64,000 bases of DNA from Candidatus Poribacteria bacterium (GTDB taxonomy: Bacteria; Poribacteria; WGA-4E; WGA-3G). Position numbers and translations under genes: made by a program. The notes beneath the pieces were generated by a model. The model was given only the letters and a program-made list of their open reading frames with translations. It had not been told where the DNA came from and did not search any database. Positions 59,751 through 64,000 of this stretch are shown piece by piece. The stretch is taken from assembly GCA_965237835.1 (NCBI GenBank), contig OZ250160.1, forward strand, positions 2,530,146 through 2,594,145, written 5' to 3'. Position 1 is the first letter of the stretch; each line of letters opens with the position of its first letter.

Positions 59751-62700
59751 TCGCAAGAAACTGTTGAACGACTTGCAGGACTTTGCATCACGAGGGGATG
59801 GAGTCATTATCGGTAGTCCGGGGATCGGAAAAACATACGTGCTGAAAGAACTTCGTCAAAGTCTAAAGTCTGCCGGAATACCACATCTCCTTTTACGGAT
59901 CGACCAACTTGGAGATGGCACGGACAAAACTTTACGAGAAGAGTTATCTTACAAAGGCGATCTAATTGAAAAATTGAAATCTATACCTGTTTCAGGCAAG
60001 AACGCAATTTTACTGTTTGATGCCTTTGATGCTGCACGGGATGAACAAACACGCAAACGCTTTTTAATCCTGATTCGACGTACAATCCGAGAACTCGTGA
60101 AGTGGAACGTAGTCGTTACAGTGAGAACCTATGACGCAAAGAAATCACAAGAACTCTTAGACATGTTTGGTAGTCCTGATGAATCGGTCCCACTCAATTA
60201 CCAGACCAAAGAAACCTTATGTCGACATTTCATAATACCACCTCTTGTTGAAGACGAAATCTTACACGTATTGGATCAGATTGGGTGTCCAAAAGACGTC
60301 TACTATGGAGGTTCGCAAGAGTTTAAGCATATTTTATCAATACCGTTCAACCTTTTGCTATTAGAAAAGATTATTAAATACTCACCAAATGAAGATATTA
60401 AATCCATTAGTCAAATTCGTTCAGAAGTTCAGTTGTTTGATCGGTTTTGGCAACAACGAGTTGATAATGAAACAAGTAAACGTGTTCTGCGAATAATCTC
60501 AAGTCAAATGGTTAAGGAACGTTCGTTGACCGTGAAAGTGGATGACATTCATGACGAAGTGGACCTTGACAACCCAGTGAGGAAATCCGCTTGGGATAAG
60601 CTCCAGAGTGATGAAATTTTGGCAATGGTTTCTTCAACAGGCCAAAGAATTGCATTCTCTCACAACATTCTCTTTGACTATGCAGTAAGCGTTTTACAGA
60701 TAGATGACAAACCACGACATTTTGAGAGATTTATTACCGAAGATCCCTCGCGCCCACTTTTTCTCAGACCAAGTCTTACCTATTTTTTTACACGCCTTTG
60801 GTATTATGAAGACTCAAAATATTTCTGGCGTGCATTCTGGCACATTTTATCAAGTAATCAATCTATCCATTTGCGTCTTGTCGCGCGCTTGATTCCGACA
60901 AGCGTTATTGCAAATGAAGCACGAAATATTGAACAACTGAATCAACTTATACAAAGACTTCAGAATAGTGAACCTTATGCAGACGAAGCAACAACAAGAC
61001 TTTTTCAGGCACTACAGTCCCTACAAATTAAACGAGAAAATCCCTGGATTGATTTCTGTGATCAAGCATCAGAATACTTGCACACCGACTTTGCTTGGGA
61101 TTTGGCAAACCTCACATCAGATATTCTTGAGGACACAAAAGATACAAATGTCGAAAATGCTTGTGGACGTGTAGGACGACGGTTACTTGAATGGGTTTGG
61201 CAAGAGAGAGAAACGAATGAAAGTGATTGGTATAACCGCTTTGGGGGACGTTGGGCAGTACCGCTTGTTGCAAAAACATATCATACAAATGTTGAAGAAT
61301 CTCGCGCACTTCTTGAAAAAGTTCTCCAATTAACACAAGAAGATAATTTCCCAATAGGATTTCTGACATGGTTGACTGACAATGTTGACAATATTTGTAT
61401 GCATGACCCAGAATTTGCAATCTTAATATATCGTACTGTTTTTTCACACCAATTTACCAGTGAAGGAGAGACACAACGCGGTACCCCTATTTTACCTATA
61501 ATTACCTATCGGAGCCAAGATTTTGGTATGTGTCAATATCGTCTGGTAAAGCATTTCCCTAAATTTCTACAAAAAAAACCTATATATGCAACACAAGCAG
61601 CAATCCAAAGTTTGAACTGTTTTATTGCTAAAGAACATGTTTTCCAGTTTTCCAGAAAAGATATGACAATTGATAAATTAATAGAACCGTTCGATTTTCA
61701 TGGGAAGACTGCATATTTTGTGAAAGACGATAGTTATATCTGGGATGCACAAATATCTTCTGATGAACCAATTGAAATGGCGAATACGCTGTTTGACTTT
61801 ATGACAAAATTGGCAAAGTCTGAAGAACAATATAACCTTCTCGATTCAATTCTTGATGTATTTGTAGATCAAGTGTATGTCGCATTTTTCTGGAAACGCC
61901 TATTGAAAATAGCGTCTCAGTTTCCAAAAGTTTTCGCACCGCGTTTGTTTGAGTTATGCATAGCAAAACCGATACTAATACATCTTGAAGTTTCTTATGA
62001 ACTCGGTCTATTTATAGAAAATGCTGCCTATGAATTTTCATCTGAACAACTACATCAGATTGAAGAAAGCATATTAGCACTCCCCAATGAATTGAAGAAC
62101 CAGGAAAATCACAACTATCTTAAAATGCATAGAGACAGTCTCCTTGCACAAATTCCTATGGAATTACTTTCTACAGATGAAGCTAAGTCAATAAGAGAAA
62201 AAATGGAACGTGAAAACAATGTTCCAGAAAATCGACCATTAGCGAGTTTTCATACTGGATGGGAATCTGTAACTGAAGAGAAACTGTTAAAAGAAAAAGG
62301 TATTGATCCTAATAAGCCTGAAAATCAAGTGTTACTTAGCTTATCCAAACCTCTTGTACAATTCAGTTCTGAATGGAGGAATAGTTCCCTGTCTAATGAA
62401 GCTGCAAAATTGGTTTTTCCTCAACTACAAGAAGCCTATGCAGCTAAAAGTAATACACAAGCGAAAAAAGAGGTAATAAACTCACTCTTCCATAAAATAG
62501 CTGAATGTGCGGCAATTCTTGGTAGAATCGCTGATAAGCTTGACAATGAAGCGTTTGTATTTTGCCGTAAAGTGCTACTTGAAGCTGCAAATCATGAAGA
62601 ACCAATACCAGATCCTGAAAACGATGAAAAATTCGATTTTCCAGGTTATTCATCACAACCACGACATTATGCTGCTGAAGGACTACTAAGAATAGTGTTC

Positions 62701-63801
62701 TATAAACCCGACTTGGAGATATTATCTGTAATTGAAAAGTTAGCTGATGATCCAGTTCCATCTGTTAGAATGTTGGTAGCTATGTATTTATCAAAAGTTC
62801 ATGTCAAAGAACCTGATAGATTCTGGCATATCATTAATAATAGAGCAGACCAGGAAGGAAATCTCATCGTTCAAGAATGTCTTTATTCAGCATTAAGGTA
62901 TGTAATAAGACCAACAAAAGAGAATGATGAAAAAACAGCAAGCGTTATGGCTAAAATTCTTGAGAAAACTCCTTTACCACAACAAAAAATGGGTACAATT
63001 GACCCGTTTAGTTTTCTTATAGTTGGCTTAGCAATAGTACGACAAAATCAATGGGCGTTAACCACAATTAATGAAGAATTCTTGAAAGATCCTATCAGAT
63101 TTGCCAATCTCCTCACCCGTTTTGTAACACAGGTTATAAAAGGCTATATAGATCCAAAACATACCCAAGAAAAAGATTTCGAAAGTAATTTAGTACGCGC
63201 AATTACCTTACTCAAAAGTATAGTCACTGTGACTATTTCTGCGATTAATGAATTAGGTTCTACTTTAAAGGAACAGAGAACAGAAAAAGTTGAGGAAAAA
63301 TTGCGAAACACTTACTCAGTCATTGACCAGATCATTACAAGTCTTTACTTTTCTTTTTCATATATAAAAAATAGTGATACCGAATCTACTGAAAAAAATG
63401 AAAATAATAATGCACTCTCTCTAATATTTAATGAAGTCTATCCATTAATGCAACAGATAGTAGATTTCGCACAAGATAAAGAAAACGGACTAATGTTTGC
63501 CCCGACAGCACATTATTTCATACAACTATTAACATGTTTTCTCAAATGTAATCCAAGAATAGTTATAAGTTTAGCCGAAGGTGTCGCGAGTTCAAGTGAA
63601 AGATTCGGTTATACGTTTGATTCAATTGCAGTTAAAGACATAGTTGATTTAGTCGAAATAGTCCTTGCAGACTATCGACATGTAGTGCGGGAAAACGAGG
63701 AAAGCTTGGAACATCTACTGAATTTATTAGATCTGTTCGCTAAAACAGGTCAGTCTGATGCACTTAATCTTGTTTGGAGACTTGATGAGGTATTTCGGTA
63801 G
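59740..63801 (+). CDS. Large (1353 aa) P-loop NTPase with extended alpha-helical C-terminal region (STAND-like candidate sensor), translationally coupled to the SIR2 gene
   Basis: Walker A GSPGIGKT at residues 26-33, Walker B-like AILLFDAFDAARD, then VVVTVRTYD. About 1150 aa of predicted helical repeats. The start overlaps the SIR2 stop by 11 nt. Confidence 0.6.
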   Translation: MKINRKKLLNDLQDFASRGDGVIIGSPGIGKTYVLKELRQSLKSAGIPHLLLRIDQLGDGTDKTLREELSYKGDLIEKLKSIPVSGKNAILLFDAFDAARDEQTRKRFLILIRRTIRELVKWNVVVTVRTYDAKKSQELLDMFGSPDESVPLNYQTKETLCRHFIIPPLVEDEILHVLDQIGCPKDVYYGGSQEFKHILSIPFNLLLLEKIIKYSPNEDIKSISQIRSEVQLFDRFWQQRVDNETSKRVLRIISSQMVKERSLTVKVDDIHDEVDLDNPVRKSAWDKLQSDEILAMVSSTGQRIAFSHNILFDYAVSVLQIDDKPRHFERFITEDPSRPLFLRPSLTYFFTRLWYYEDSKYFWRAFWHILSSNQSIHLRLVARLIPTSVIANEARNIEQLNQLIQRLQNSEPYADEATTRLFQALQSLQIKRENPWIDFCDQASEYLHTDFAWDLANLTSDILEDTKDTNVENACGRVGRRLLEWVWQERETNESDWYNRFGGRWAVPLVAKTYHTNVEESRALLEKVLQLTQEDNFPIGFLTWLTDNVDNICMHDPEFAILIYRTVFSHQFTSEGETQRGTPILPIITYRSQDFGMCQYRLVKHFPKFLQKKPIYATQAAIQSLNCFIAKEHVFQFSRKDMTIDKLIEPFDFHGKTAYFVKDDSYIWDAQISSDEPIEMANTLFDFMTKLAKSEEQYNLLDSILDVFVDQVYVAFFWKRLLKIASQFPKVFAPRLFELCIAKPILIHLEVSYELGLFIENAAYEFSSEQLHQIEESILALPNELKNQENHNYLKMHRDSLLAQIPMELLSTDEAKSIREKMERENNVPENRPLASFHTGWESVTEEKLLKEKGIDPNKPENQVLLSLSKPLVQFSSEWRNSSLSNEAAKLVFPQLQEAYAAKSNTQAKKEVINSLFHKIAECAAILGRIADKLDNEAFVFCRKVLLEAANHEEPIPDPENDEKFDFPGYSSQPRHYAAEGLLRIVFYKPDLEILSVIEKLADDPVPSVRMLVAMYLSKVHVKEPDRFWHIINNRADQEGNLIVQECLYSALRYVIRPTKENDEKTASVMAKILEKTPLPQQKMGTIDPFSFLIVGLAIVRQNQWALTTINEEFLKDPIRFANLLTRFVTQVIKGYIDPKHTQEKDFESNLVRAITLLKSIVTVTISAINELGSTLKEQRTEKVEEKLRNTYSVIDQIITSLYFSFSYIKNSDTESTEKNENNNALSLIFNEVYPLMQQIVDFAQDKENGLMFAPTAHYFIQLLTCFLKCNPRIVISLAEGVASSSERFGYTFDSIAVKDIVDLVEIVLADYRHVVRENEESLEHLLNLLDLFAKTGQSDALNLVWRLDEVFR

Positions 63802-63838
63802 ATTTCTCATAAATATCTGCATTCTGAGGATCAATCAA

Positions 63839-63973
63839 ATGACTGCAGCAGTTATCATCACAGGTTCAATTCTTGGTGTAATAGGCATCGGTTTTTCTAT
63901 TTGGTCCATAATAAACACCAGAAAACGGTATTATGAGGAATATATGAGGAGAAAACGCCGTGCAGACGATTAA
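63839..63973 (+). CDS. Small single-TM protein (possible third component of the SIR2-NTPase operon)
   Basis: MTAAVIITGSILGVIGIGFSIWSIINTRKRYYEEYMRRKRRADD: one hydrophobic helix plus a basic tail. Overlaps the end of the NTPase gene. Confidence 0.3.
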   Translation: MTAAVIITGSILGVIGIGFSIWSIINTRKRYYEEYMRRKRRADD

Positions 63974-64000
63974 AAGTGTTATCTTCTAGCAATCCTATAA

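Noticed and set aside
1-64000. tRNA, rRNA or other canonical structured RNA genes
   Set aside because: No cloverleaf-compatible segments or rRNA-like conserved stretches were recognised by eye. The many hairpins are explained by REP or terminator elements. A tRNAscan/Infernal run would be needed to exclude this fully.

Overview
Accessory-rich chromosomal window of about 45% GC from an unidentified bacterium. Several genes are of types reported from PVC-group, FCB-group and candidate-phylum lineages, including host-associated ones: a PSCyt1 cytochrome domain, an FGE-sulfatase protein, Gfo/Idh/MocA oxidoreductases, many WD40/TPR/LRR/cadherin proteins, and a T9SS-type C-terminal sorting domain. 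This taxonomic placement is inference only. Housekeeping-type genes: a partial SDR, a LamG secreted protein, two tandem HtrA proteases, a DinG helicase, an N4C-type DNA methyltransferase, an Eis-like GNAT, an MDR dehydrogenase, ComEC, TauE, rpsU, a DUF58 protein, an ABC ATPase, FGE, two PhyH dioxygenases, a sigma-54 activator, and a TolB-like propeller. Three things stand out. (1) A block of roughly 14.5 kb (10.8-25.4 kb) of tandemly duplicated cassettes. Each encodes a membrane-anchored or TPR-lipoprotein 'X' protein with a shared novel C-terminal domain, a secreted 'Y' protein with a hypervariable N-domain and a conserved C-domain, and one or two WD40 lipoproteins. The block is headed by an ECF sigma factor, has near-identical promoter-bearing intergenic segments, and carries several inactivating lesions. 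(2) A defense island at the 3' end: an MmeI-like Type IIG R-M enzyme, followed by an operon of a SIR2-like protein, a 1353-aa P-loop NTPase (STAND-like) and a small TM protein. This is a candidate undescribed SIR2-based defense system. (3) Dense mobile and repeat content: a REP-associated tyrosine transposase (RAYT) flanked by GTAG-palindrome REP arrays; at least four dispersed REP families forming mosaic (BIME-like) clusters; two MITE-like families, one of them with target-site duplications; an ISKra4-like IS that freshly disrupts a PhyH gene; and an IS630 remnant. No rRNA, tRNA or CRISPR was recognised.
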